Shown here: one piece after another, positions 24,975-36,061 of the stretch
Layout of the letters: each line of letters opens with the position of its first letter
Numbering within the stretch: position 1 is the stretch's first letter
Notes under the pieces: generated by a model
The model's input: only the letters and a program-made list of their open reading frames with translations
Told to the model about the DNA's origin: nothing
Databases searched by the model: none
Origin: Gammaproteobacteria bacterium
Lineage (GTDB): Bacteria > Pseudomonadota > Gammaproteobacteria > JACCYU01
Assembly (NCBI GenBank): GCA_036259115.1
Contig: DATACK010000027.1
Location: 1 to 62,083, forward strand
DNA length: 62,083 bases
Direction of reading: 5' to 3'
Made by a program: the position numbers and the translations under genes

Positions 24975-26697
24975 TGGGTGCCACCTGGAGGCGCGGAGTA
25001 TTAGCCTGCAACTGCGGCAGGTTATCCGGTCGTACGTCTAACAGACGCAGCGCACCGTCCATAATCCTCGAGAACACCGGGGCGGCCACCTGACCGCCGT
25101 AATATACGTCGCCCTGCGGTTCCTCGATCACTACCACAGTCACCAGGGCAGGCTGGCGGGCGGGCGCCATACCAACGAACACTGAGATATAGCGGCGTTT
25201 CGCGTAACCCCCAGCCGTAGGTATATGCACAGTGCCGGTCTTGCCCGCCACACGATAACCGTCGACGGCGGCCATGGGCGCGGTACCGTCCACGCTCACT
25301 ACACCCTCCAGCATGTGGCGCAGCTCACGCGCTAGGGAGACGCTCATAACGCGCGTACGCTCGGTTTGTGTCACTGGTGTGAATGAGATGGTCGGCAGCA
25401 GGCCGTCGGCGGCGATAGCCGCATAGGCCCTCGCCAGTTGCAGGGGGGTGACCGCAAGCCCGTACCCGAACGCCAGAGTGGCGCGCTCGAACGCACCCCA
25501 GCCGTGATAATCACTTAAGGAACCTAGCGCCTCGCCGGGAAATCCAGATCCGGTCAAAGCGCCAAATCCCACCCGATCGTAACTTCGCCACAGAGCGCCC
25601 GGCGGCAAAGCTAGCGCAATCTTGGTGGCTCCGACGTTGCTTGATTTGCGGATTATGCCGGCGAGATGCAAGCGTCCGTAGTCGTGCTCATCCTGGATAG
25701 TATGGCCGTTTACCATATACCAGCCGGGCGAGGTCTGTATGATGCTGTTGAGATCAAACCGCCCGCTGTCTATGGCGGCTGCGATGACGAATGGCTTGAC
25801 CGTCGAGCCGGGCTCGAGGACATCCGTTACCGCCCGGTTGCGGGTCCAGTCTTCGCGCAGGCTCAGGCGATTATTAGGATTGAAGGACGGCTGATTTGCC
25901 ATCGCCAGCACTTCGCCCGTGTTGGGATCTAGTACCACCACAGACCCGGAACGCGCGTAGTGTCGCATCACAGTGACTTTGAGTTCCCGATAGGCGAGAT
26001 ACTGTATGCGGCGGTCCAAGCTCAGCCGCAAATCCTTGCCGGCGCGACCGGCGCGGATGAGTTCCAAGTCCTCAACAATGCGGCCGAGCCGGTCCTTGAT
26101 GACCTGCTTGGCGCCCGGTATGCCGCTAAGCCAATGGTCGTACGCCAGCTCTAAGCCTTCTTGACCGGCATCGTCGATATTGGTGAATCCAAGGACATGC
26201 GAGATAACCTCTCCCAGCGGATAGTAACGCCGGTATTCGCGCTGCAAATTGATGCCAGGAATGTTCAGCGCCATGACCTTCTTAGCGGCATCAGGATCTA
26301 TGCCACGTTTAAGGTAGACAAACTCCTTCTCAGCGCGCGTTTCAAGCTCGCTTAGCAGCGCGTCATCACTCATACCGAGCAATTTAGCAAGCGTAGGCAA
26401 TCGCGCGCGTACCGCAAGCGTCTCCCGCGGATTGGCCCATACTGAATCCACGGGCGTGCTGATCGCCAGTGGTTCGCCGTTACGGTCCAGGATCATGCCG
26501 CGGTGGGCAGGTATAGGCATGATGCGCTGATGACGTGCATCGCCTTGACCAAGCAGGAAGTCGCGTTCGCGCAACTGTAGATCGAGTGCACGACCCAGCA
26601 AGCTCAATAATCCTATCATCATCACCGCTAGCACCAACCAACGGCGAGCCGTATATTCCATTGGCTTGGGCGGGGCACGGTAGTTCACCGCATTCAA
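24964..26697 (-). CDS. ftsI: Division-specific transpeptidase FtsI (PBP3)
   Basis: 577 aa. N-terminal TM anchor, then STVKP (SxxK), SSN and KTGT penicillin-binding motifs. Confidence 0.93.
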   Translation of the reverse strand: MNAVNYRAPPKPMEYTARRWLVLAVMMIGLLSLLGRALDLQLRERDFLLGQGDARHQRIMPIPAHRGMILDRNGEPLAISTPVDSVWANPRETLAVRARLPTLAKLLGMSDDALLSELETRAEKEFVYLKRGIDPDAAKKVMALNIPGINLQREYRRYYPLGEVISHVLGFTNIDDAGQEGLELAYDHWLSGIPGAKQVIKDRLGRIVEDLELIRAGRAGKDLRLSLDRRIQYLAYRELKVTVMRHYARSGSVVVLDPNTGEVLAMANQPSFNPNNRLSLREDWTRNRAVTDVLEPGSTVKPFVIAAAIDSGRFDLNSIIQTSPGWYMVNGHTIQDEHDYGRLHLAGIIRKSSNVGATKIALALPPGALWRSYDRVGFGALTGSGFPGEALGSLSDYHGWGAFERATLAFGYGLAVTPLQLARAYAAIAADGLLPTISFTPVTQTERTRVMSVSLARELRHMLEGVVSVDGTAPMAAVDGYRVAGKTGTVHIPTAGGYAKRRYISVFVGMAPARQPALVTVVVIEEPQGDVYYGGQVAAPVFSRIMDGALRLLDVRPDNLPQLQANTPRLQVAPNDA

Positions 26698-26963
26698 GGC
26701 TCCACGGCCACGATAGAGCCGACCAATGGTGAGTGCATGTGCAGACGTTCGGTGGCGGTCGTCTCAATGCGTCCGTGCGCGGCCCAGGTGCTTTGTTCGA
26801 GCTGCAGACGTCCCCACTCGATGCCCAACTCATCGCGCAACGTCTGCAGGGCCTGCAGTTGCGTGAATAACGCGCGGCTTTGATATCTGCTGTAGACCAC
26901 GCCTAGTGCGCTCATCAGTACAGCTGCGAATAACAAGCTAAGCCAAAGTGCACGCCACGTCAT
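26694..26963 (-). CDS. ftsL: Cell division protein FtsL
   Basis: 89 aa, with a single TM segment followed by a leucine-rich coiled-coil-like segment. Lies between rsmH and ftsI with 4-nt overlaps. Confidence 0.75.
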   Translation of the reverse strand: MTWRALWLSLLFAAVLMSALGVVYSRYQSRALFTQLQALQTLRDELGIEWGRLQLEQSTWAAHGRIETTATERLHMHSPLVGSIVAVEP

Positions 26964-27901
26964 GGCAGCTTTTCCGATACTCGCAGCACGGCGCTGCGTG
27001 CGCGAGGATTACGATCGCACTCGGCTGGTGATGGCCGGATCACCCTACCGAGCTTGCGAAATCCGCCTGTCTTCCGCTCATTGATGATAGGTAATCCGCG
27101 TGGACCTGATTGACTCGCTGCTTGACGTTGGAGGAAGCGCTTGACGATACGATCTTCCAGAGAGTGGAAACTGATGGCTACCAGTCGCCCATACACTGCG
27201 AGCACCACTAGGCTGTGCGCCAGCACTTCACGTAATTCTTCCAGCTCTCGATTGATAAAAATGCGTATGGCTTGGAAACTGCGTGTGGCAGGATGCTTAT
27301 AACGCTCGCGGGTAGGCACCGCTGCGACGATCAAATCAGCCAACTGCACCGTGGTCGTGATTGGCGCTTGATGACGCGTGGCAATGATGGCGCGCGCGAT
27401 CCGCCGCGCGTATCTTTCCTCGCCATAGGTCTTGAGCACCTCAGCAATCTCGGCCTCGCTTGCCTTAGCTAACCACGCAGCGGCGGTTGGGCTGCTGTCT
27501 GGATCCATGCGCATGTCGAGCGGACCATCTTTGATAAAACTAAAACCACGCCTTGGATCATCGAGCTGCGGCGACGACACACCTAAGTCCAGCAGTATCC
27601 CGTCGACCTTACCCGTTAGCCCCAAGCGATCAGTCAGTTGCCGCAATAAGGCAAATGAGCCGCGTTCGATGTAAAAGCGCCGGTCGGCCGCAAAGCGCAC
27701 ACGCCCTGCCTCAACTGCCTGCGGATCCTTATCCATTGCCACTAATCGGCCATGAGCCGCAAGCCGGTCAAGAATAGCGGCGCTATGGCCCCCGCACCCA
27801 AATGTCCCATCCACGTAAACGCCTTCCGGCCTGATGGCGAGCGCGGCGATTGCCTCGTCCAACAATACTGTCTGGTGAACGTATTCGCCGCTCGTACTCA
27901 T
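26960..27901 (-). CDS. rsmH: 16S rRNA (cytosine1402-N4)-methyltransferase
   Basis: 313 aa with HQTVLLDEA, DGTFGCGGHS, LLDLGVSSPQLD and SFHSLEDRIVK motifs. Confidence 0.95.
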   Translation of the reverse strand: MSTSGEYVHQTVLLDEAIAALAIRPEGVYVDGTFGCGGHSAAILDRLAAHGRLVAMDKDPQAVEAGRVRFAADRRFYIERGSFALLRQLTDRLGLTGKVDGILLDLGVSSPQLDDPRRGFSFIKDGPLDMRMDPDSSPTAAAWLAKASEAEIAEVLKTYGEERYARRIARAIIATRHQAPITTTVQLADLIVAAVPTRERYKHPATRSFQAIRIFINRELEELREVLAHSLVVLAVYGRLVAISFHSLEDRIVKRFLQRQAASQSGPRGLPIINERKTGGFRKLGRVIRPSPAECDRNPRARSAVLRVSEKLP

Positions 27902-27918
27902 CTAAACTTAGATCCGCT

Positions 27919-28372
27919 TTAAGGAGGTAGCCGCGCCAGCCCGGCGTTTAATTCTTCCAAATCGGCGGCGTCCTTGAACCAGGCATCCCGCTGCTCAATC
28001 CAAGTTTCCTCTTTCCACAACTCAAACTTTTTACCCAGTCCGACCAGCGCCACTCTTTTTTCCAAGTTAGCGAACTCGCGTAACGCAGGCGGCAGCCGTA
28101 TGCGACCTTGTGTATTGAGCTCCAACTCCTCTGAACTGCCCATCAGATTACGTAATAAGCGGCGGATATGTTGATCGATGCCGGGCAAATTGATTCAGTT
28201 GGGCTTCGACTTCCCCCCGGGCGGGCATAGGGTAAAGCAGCAAACACCGATCCCGATCGACGGCGATCATCATACGGCCACCGCAAGGCGCCACGAGTTG
28301 CTCACGGTACTTGGCCGGCATGGCCATGCGGCCCTTGGCGTCCAGGTTTAACACGCTAGTGCCGTGAAACAC
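27919..28372 (-). pseudogene. mraZ: Transcriptional regulator MraZ, interrupted by a 1-nt frameshift
   Basis: The N-terminal half, (V/M)FHGTSVLNLDAKGRMAMPAKYRE..CLLLYPMP..EVEAQLNQ, is in one frame (track ORF 28148-28600). The C-terminal half, LPGIDQHIRRLLRNLMGSSEELELNTQGRIRLPPALREFANLEKRVALVGLGKKFELWKEETW, is in another (ORF 27919-28188). The two join cleanly if one base of the AAA/TTT run at 28187-28189 is removed. The likely start is GTG at 28372, preceded by GAAGGA. Confidence 0.8.
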
Positions 28373-28402
28373 AACGGGATCCTTCATCTGCATCCCCGAA
28401 GG

Positions 28403-28437
28403 CCCACTTCTCCCCACTTCCAACCACGCGACTCCAC
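28403..28437 (-). promoter_or_regulatory. MraZ operator: four direct GTGG(N) repeats with exact 10-bp phasing
   Basis: The minus strand reads GTGGagtcgcGTGGttggaaGTGGggagaaGTGGgcc. On the plus strand, CCAC occurs at 28404, 28414, 28424 and 28434. This matches the described MraZ-box architecture: TGGGN/GTGG direct repeats between Pmra and mraZ. Confidence 0.7.
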
Positions 28438-28464
28438 TATAGGTAGCGCTTCCGAATGCGTCAA
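28436..28464 (-). promoter_or_regulatory. Sigma70-type promoter of the dcw cluster (Pmra-like)
   Basis: The minus strand reads TTGACG-N17-TATAGT immediately upstream of, and abutting, the first GTGG repeat. Confidence 0.6.
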
Positions 28465-28729
28465 GAGAAGCAAAGAAGCACGAGTGACGACCGGGGTATT
28501 TTGGGTATAAACGGTCGAAAACAAAAAGCGAATAGAGCCTCGTATTTATACTTAATGAATAGGCAACTGCATAGAGTTTTGCAGAGGTAGAGACAGACAC
28601 TACGTGCGAATCAATCGTATAAGAGGTGATTTGGGATGAAACAAGTACTCCCTCGGCGCGCCTGAATCATCCGGAACAGACAGGCACGCTTTCGTGAAAT
28701 AAAATTTTTGAATTCGATAAATATTGAAT

Positions 28730-29224
28730 GACGGGAGCCGGCCTGTAAGCCGGGTTCTGTCGAGGACAGTCATTCATCTAGGATGCCCGTCGCCGCGCAC
28801 CTCTAAGCGACCTACCCGGGAGCCGTGCGGGCCACACGCGGCAGCGAGACTACCTGCTCCCCTATTTGGTCTTGCTCCAGGTGGGGTTTACCCTGCCACC
28901 GGTGTTACCACCGGCGCGGTGCGCTCTTACCGCACCTTTTCACCCTTACCCCGCTACTATCCTTCGCTGGACCAGTAAGCACTTCCTAAGCCTAAACAAA
29001 GCAGTGGCAGATCTCACTGATCCTGCTAAGGATAGTAGCGGGGCGGTATCTTTTCTGTGGCACTTTCCGTGGGCTCGCGCCCCCCAGGCGTTACCTGGCA
29101 CCTTGCCCTGTGGAGCCCGGACTTTCCTCTCGGCCGTTCATTCGTCCGGCTCGATAACTGAAAATGATACAATCGTTCAAGCCTATTCCGAATGAGTAGC
29201 CGGGCGACTGTCCGGCCGACTCCC
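28730..29224 (-). ncRNA. rnpB: RNase P RNA, bacterial type A, unusually long (about 495 nt)
   Basis: The minus strand contains GAGGAAAGUCCGGGCUCCACAGGGCAAGGUGCCAGGUAACGCCUGGGGGG.., ..GGUAAGGGUGAAAAGGUGCGGUAAGAGCGCACC.., ..GGGUAAACCCCACCUGGAGCAAGACCAAAUAGGGG.. and ..ACAGAACCCGGCUUACAGGCCGGCUCCC. The 5' GGGAGUCGGCCGG and 3' CCGGCCGGCUCCC form P1. The track ORFs at 28724-29226 are artefacts of this RNA. Confidence 0.95.
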
Positions 29225-29312
29225 AAGACTAAATGGTAACACAGCGCACAGATATATCAGATATATCCGGCAAAAATCTAGGCCGATCGTATCGACGTGG
29301 AAATTCTATGAA

Positions 29313-29633
29313 TCAATCCCAGCGATCGTCTCGCACCTGCACTATGCCGCCCTCGATGCGTACGGGAAAGGTCGCAATCGGCTCATAGGCCGGTGCGGAT
29401 AATGCCTCGCCGGTCTTGATGTTGAAGCGCGCGCCATGACGCGGGCACTCAATCTCACAGTCTTCGATCTCGCCGCCCGTGAGCTCACCGCCATCGTGAG
29501 TGCATACATCCTCAATGGCGTAAAACCGGCCATCGCAGTTGATCACCGCGATCTCGACATCGTCGATGTCGACGATGCGAAAGTCGCCGGGTTGCAGCTC
29601 ATCGGCTGGCGCGACATCGGCCCAATCAGACAT
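29313..29633 (-). CDS. Rieske-type [2Fe-2S] ferredoxin, last gene of the suf operon
   Basis: 106 aa with CTHDGG..(17)..CPRHGARF Rieske ligand motifs. Confidence 0.85.
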   Translation of the reverse strand: MSDWADVAPADELQPGDFRIVDIDDVEIAVINCDGRFYAIEDVCTHDGGELTGGEIEDCEIECPRHGARFNIKTGEALSAPAYEPIATFPVRIEGGIVQVRDDRWD

Positions 29634-29645
29634 CGCTTACATCCG

Positions 29646-30023
29646 CTAAAACAGGTTGAGCTGCAAACGCGCCGCCTCGGACATGCGGCTCGGATCCCAG
29701 GATGGATCCCATACCAACTCCACGCGGGCATCTGACACACCTTCAACCTCTTTGACGGCGCGCTTCACAGTATCAGGAAAGGTCTGCGCCACGGGACAAC
29801 CGGGCGCCGTCAAGGTCATTTCGATCATAACCTTGCCATCCGCATCAATCCGCAGTTCGTAAATTAGCCCTAGATCATAGATGTTTACGGGAATCTCAGG
29901 ATCATAAATGCCACGTAGCGCATCAATGACTCGCGCCTCAAGCGTCTCATCGGCCGCTTGCGCCTGTTCGCTAGGCGAGGGCTCTGCCTTTTCCTCAGCC
30001 TTGTCATTCCAGTTCTCGATCAT
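29646..30023 (-). CDS. sufT: DUF59/SufT-type Fe-S assembly protein
   Basis: 125 aa. IYDPEIPVNIYDLGLIY and TLTAPGCPV motifs of the MIP18/DUF59 family. Confidence 0.8.
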   Translation of the reverse strand: MIENWNDKAEEKAEPSPSEQAQAADETLEARVIDALRGIYDPEIPVNIYDLGLIYELRIDADGKVMIEMTLTAPGCPVAQTFPDTVKRAVKEVEGVSDARVELVWDPSWDPSRMSEAARLQLNLF

Positions 30024-30061
30024 GGCAGTGTCTCCGTTAAGAGCCTATCGCGTTAAGTATC

Positions 30062-30511
30062 TTACTCCGTAGAGACCCACTCTTCGCCTTCTAGCGCTGC
30101 ATGCATTGTATGCCAGGACAAAGTGGCGCATTTGACGCGCGAAGGATAGGCGCGCACCCCAGCCAACACAGCAATCTTACCGAGCGCTTTCAGATCCGGC
30201 TGTTGATCCTCTACCGTCACTGCCTCGTGGAAGACCTTAAATAGTCGCTTTGCCTCCTCGATCTTCTTGCCTTTTAGCATCTGCGTCATGATCGAAGCGG
30301 ATGAGACTGAGATCGCGCAACCCGAACCCTCAAAGCTCACATCGGTAACGGTGTCTTGATCATCCACTTTCATATACACGGTCAACTTATCACCACACAG
30401 CGGATTGACTCCAATAGCCATGCGATTGGCGCCTTCCATCCAGCGGAAATTGCGCGGATTCTTATTGTGTTCCGCGATAACTTCCTGATAGAGCTCGCGT
30501 AGGTCGGACAT
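30062..30511 (-). CDS. sufU: SufU/IscU-like sulfur-transfer scaffold protein
   Basis: 149 aa. NPLCGD, EGSGCAIS and VKCATL motifs (three Cys ligands), characteristic of SufU-type NifU proteins. Confidence 0.85.
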   Translation of the reverse strand: MSDLRELYQEVIAEHNKNPRNFRWMEGANRMAIGVNPLCGDKLTVYMKVDDQDTVTDVSFEGSGCAISVSSASIMTQMLKGKKIEEAKRLFKVFHEAVTVEDQQPDLKALGKIAVLAGVRAYPSRVKCATLSWHTMHAALEGEEWVSTE

Positions 30512-30570
30512 TCAACAAATCCCCTCTCGTACCTTATGTCTCAGCTACTAAGCCGCTGAGCAAGCATTGA

Positions 30571-31848
30571 TTAACCAAGAACCTCGCGTACCTTACAAAG
30601 ACCAGCGACCAAGGCATCCACATCCTCGCGGGTATTGTACAGCCCAAACGAGGCGCGCGTGGTGGCGGGCACCTTGAAATGATCCATAACCGGCATCGCG
30701 CAGTGGTGACCAGCACGCAGCGCCACGCCCTCATGGTCGACGATGGTACCGATATCATGGGGATGGATACCCTCGAGCTCGAACGACAGAATGCTGGCTT
30801 TGTGCGCGGCGGTGCCGATGATGCGCAGGCCGGGCACCTCGGCAGTCGCCTCCGTAGCGTAACGCAAGAGGTCGGCCTCGTGCGCCGCGATATTATCTCG
30901 ACCAAGTCCTTCGACATAGTCTATGGCCGCCGCCAGACCCACAGGACCAACGATGTTAGGCGTACCGGCCTCGAACCGTGCGGGTGGTTTCGCATAATCC
31001 GAGCGTTCAAAGGTCACTCGCCGGATCATCTCGCCGCCGCCTTGGTAAGGTGGCATCGCCTCCAGCAAATCGTAGCGGCCGTAGAGCACACCTACGCCGG
31101 AAGGCCCATAAACCTTATGGCTGGAGAACGCATAGAAATCGCAGCCCAACTCGCGAACATCTACTCGCGTATGCGGCACCGCCTGCGCGCCATCAACTAA
31201 TACCTTCGCACCCACCGCATGCGCCATCTCGACGATACGCTTGACGGGATTGATGGTACCTAGCGCATTGGAGATATGCACCACGGCCACGAGACGCGTG
31301 CGTTCATTCAGCAGCCGCTCAAACTCCTCCATCACCAGTTCGCCGGATTCGTTGATCGGCGCCACGCGTAATTTAGCTCCAGTCTGCTCGCGTAACAGCT
31401 GCCAGGGCACGATATTAGAATGGTGCTCCATCTCGGTGATCAGGATCTCATCGCCCTCGCGGATATTGACGCGCCCATAACTTGCGGCGACTAGATTAAT
31501 CGCCTCGGTAGCGCCGCGCACGAATACGATCTCACGCGGATCGCCCGCACCGATAAAGCTTTGCGCCTTTGTGCGCGCGGTCTCATAAGCCTTCGTAGCG
31601 CGCTCGCTTAAAGTGTGCACGCCGCGATGCACGTTCGCATACGCACGCCGATACGCGTGATCCATCGCTTCCAATACCGTGTATGGCTTTTGGCTGGTCG
31701 CAGCGTTGTCCAGATATACTAAGGGTTTGCCGTTGCTACACTCGGCGAGGATTGGGAAATCCTCTCGGATGCGATAGACATCGTACACCTCGCCGCCGGC
31801 GTAGCTTCGGTCACTTGCAATGCTCATGCTTTCTCGTGGATAACTCAT
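30571..31848 (-). CDS. sufS: Cysteine desulfurase SufS (class II)
   Basis: 425 aa. YLDNAATSQKP, the PLP-lysine region FSSHKVYGPSG, and the active-site loop RAGHHCAMP. Confidence 0.93.
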   Translation of the reverse strand: MSYPRESMSIASDRSYAGGEVYDVYRIREDFPILAECSNGKPLVYLDNAATSQKPYTVLEAMDHAYRRAYANVHRGVHTLSERATKAYETARTKAQSFIGAGDPREIVFVRGATEAINLVAASYGRVNIREGDEILITEMEHHSNIVPWQLLREQTGAKLRVAPINESGELVMEEFERLLNERTRLVAVVHISNALGTINPVKRIVEMAHAVGAKVLVDGAQAVPHTRVDVRELGCDFYAFSSHKVYGPSGVGVLYGRYDLLEAMPPYQGGGEMIRRVTFERSDYAKPPARFEAGTPNIVGPVGLAAAIDYVEGLGRDNIAAHEADLLRYATEATAEVPGLRIIGTAAHKASILSFELEGIHPHDIGTIVDHEGVALRAGHHCAMPVMDHFKVPATTRASFGLYNTREDVDALVAGLCKVREVLG

Positions 31849-33208
31849 CTCTAAAGTACCTCGCCCGTCGGCAGGCGTGTTCTGATCAGGTGTTCGAGAC
31901 GTGCGCGAATCGGTGCGAGCCGCATGTGCGTGATGACATCATTGGCGAACGCGAAGGTTAATAAGGCGCGCGCCTCCGGCTCGGGAATACCGCGCGAGCG
32001 CAAATAGTAAAGCGTGTCTCTATCAAGCTGACCGACTGTGGCACCATGCGTACATTTCACGTCATCGGCAAAGATCTCAAGCTGCGGTTTGGGATCGGCT
32101 TCCGCATTAGGCGATAGCAGCAGATTGTGGTTAGCCTGTTCGGAATCCGTCAGTTGCGCATTCTTGTGCACGATGACTTTGCCATTGAACACGCCGCGCG
32201 ACCAACCGTCCAACACACCCTTGTACAACTCGCGACTCACGGCGTGTGGTATTACGTGATCGATGCGCGTGTGATTGTCTACGTGCTGGCGGCCTTTTAG
32301 CACATAAAGGCCGTTCAATTCGCAGTGGGCGTTTTCGCCCTCCAAACGGGAATTGATGTCGTTTCGCACGAGGCGTCCACCAAACGCTACATTGTGCGAC
32401 ACGAAACGGCTGTCGCGGTGCTGTCGGACTTCGATAGTCCCAATGTGAAATGCCTTATCACTCTCCTGTCCCAGTTTGTAATGCTCGACCTTAGCATTTT
32501 CCGCTATAACGATTTCGGTCACGGCGTTGGTCCAATAGGATGCGCCATCAGCGCCTGTATAGTGCTCAATGACCGTCGCCTCGGCACCCGCTTCGGCGAT
32601 GATGAGATTGCGAAGCTGCGCTGTTCCGCCGTCACCTGCACCGAGATACAGCACGTGAATCGGTTCCTCCACAACCACATCAGCCGGCAAGTGGATGTAT
32701 ACGCCGTCGCTCATCAGCATCGTGTTGATCGCCACAAAGGGATTGGCATCCATGTCCGCAAGGCGCGCCAGGTATAGCTCGAAGGTATCTACGTATCTCG
32801 GTAACGCCTGCTCTATCGGCTGCACAACCGTATCCACCGGCAATCCGCCGAGTTGGGATAGCTCCGCGATGTAGTGGCCGTCGACGAACACCAGCCTGTG
32901 GGTGTTTAAACCGCCAAACAGAGAGGCCTCGATATCCTGGGGCCGCCACGTAGACTGACCTTGGAGCGCGAGTTCAAATGCGCGCTTTTGAAGCGGCCGG
33001 GTATCGGTGTACTTCCAATCTTCCCAACGAAGGGTCGGGAAACCCTGTTTAACACAACTCGCAGCGGCACTATCGCGTAGGCGTTGAACCCAGGGGATAC
33101 CGCTGCCGGGCAGGCTGCTGCGTCTGCTCCGAAGGGCTGACAGATAATCAGCCATTGGGCTCATATCATCGTTGCGGGACGCTTGCTGAATTGTGACGCT
33201 GCTCACGC

Positions 33209-33970
<762 letters not shown>

Positions 33971-34054
33971 TACAAATACCTCTTAATAACTCACCACAAA
34001 GACGCAGAGGAACCAAAAAACCCGGCTTTTTTTGCTTGGCTCTGCGCTTAAAAC

Positions 34055-35515
<1,461 letters not shown>

Positions 35516-35562
35516 AAACTTAATGGAATAATGCTATATAGTTATCCAGCCTACTTGCTCGT

Positions 35563-36027
35563 TTAAAGCGCTGACGGTCTTGCTCGAACGGCTGGTATTG
35601 TGTCCTCTTGAGCGGGGGCGCTGCTTGCGGGTTGCGCCATCTCCGCTAGCGTGATTCCTTCCAATGTCGCCAATATGGCGCGATTGATCTTCAGCCAGTT
35701 GGGGCGAATCGGGCATACGCTTTCCTGGTGACATAATCCCGGGCTACTACTGCATTCGGTAAGCCCTATCGGACCTTCCAAGGCCTTGATGATCTCAGCT
35801 ACCGATATCCTGTCAGGCGCCCGTGAAAGGCTGTAACCGCCGTTAACGCCGCGATAAGACGTAAGCAGCCCTTCCTGAGCCAGCAGCTTGAGCACCTTAC
35901 TTACAGTCGGCAACGCGACATGAATCTGATCGGTAATCTCGCGCGCCGTGTGTAGCGCATCGGGCTTACGGGCCATGTATGTCATAATGACCGTCCCGTA
36001 ATCAGTGAGCTTACTCAGTCGCAGCAT
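35563..36027 (-). CDS. Rrf2-family transcriptional regulator heading the suf operon
   Basis: A start at 36027 gives MLRLSKLTDYGTVIMTYMA.., the canonical Rrf2 wHTH N-terminus. Cys residues follow (C..C....C) in LTECSSSPGLCHQESVCPIR, consistent with a cluster-binding regulator. The track ORF start at 36072 adds 15 atypical residues. Confidence 0.85.
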   Translation of the reverse strand: MLRLSKLTDYGTVIMTYMARKPDALHTAREITDQIHVALPTVSKVLKLLAQEGLLTSYRGVNGGYSLSRAPDRISVAEIIKALEGPIGLTECSSSPGLCHQESVCPIRPNWLKINRAILATLEGITLAEMAQPASSAPAQEDTIPAVRARPSAL

Positions 36028-36042
36028 GATCGCCTCAATAAA

Positions 36043-36061
36043 TAGGACTAATATAGTACTA
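36043..36061. promoter_or_regulatory. Imperfect palindrome TAGGACTAA-T-ATAGTACTA just upstream of the Rrf2 gene (candidate operator)
   Basis: 7 of 9 positions are symmetric around a central base. AT-rich, 16 nt upstream of the predicted Rrf2 start. Rrf2 regulators typically autoregulate through such dyads. Confidence 0.35.

Noticed and set aside
28373-28600. N-terminal extension of about 76 aa on the mraZ ORF in the track
   Set aside because: The extension covers the promoter and the GTGG operator repeats and has no MraZ similarity. The conserved N-terminus (FHGTSVLNLDAKGR) begins at the GTG at 28372, which has a good Shine-Dalgarno sequence.
29096-29106. Sigma-54 promoter-like TGGCAC..TTGC string
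   Set aside because: The GG-to-GC spacing is wrong (6 rather than 10 nt) and the string lies inside rnpB.
28724-29226. Three ORFs (84, 109 and 66 aa) across this interval
   Set aside because: The interval is the RNase P RNA gene. The ORFs are incidental.
29249-29266. Tandem duplication of the 9-mer cagatatat just upstream of the rnpB 5' end
   Set aside because: There are only two copies and 18 nt in total, which is too short to call a repeat element. It is possibly part of the rnpB promoter, but I cannot support that.
30534-30917. 127-aa same-strand, out-of-frame ORF overlapping the 3' part of sufS
   Set aside because: It is an Arg/Pro/Ser-rich alternative frame of sufS with no independent start context.
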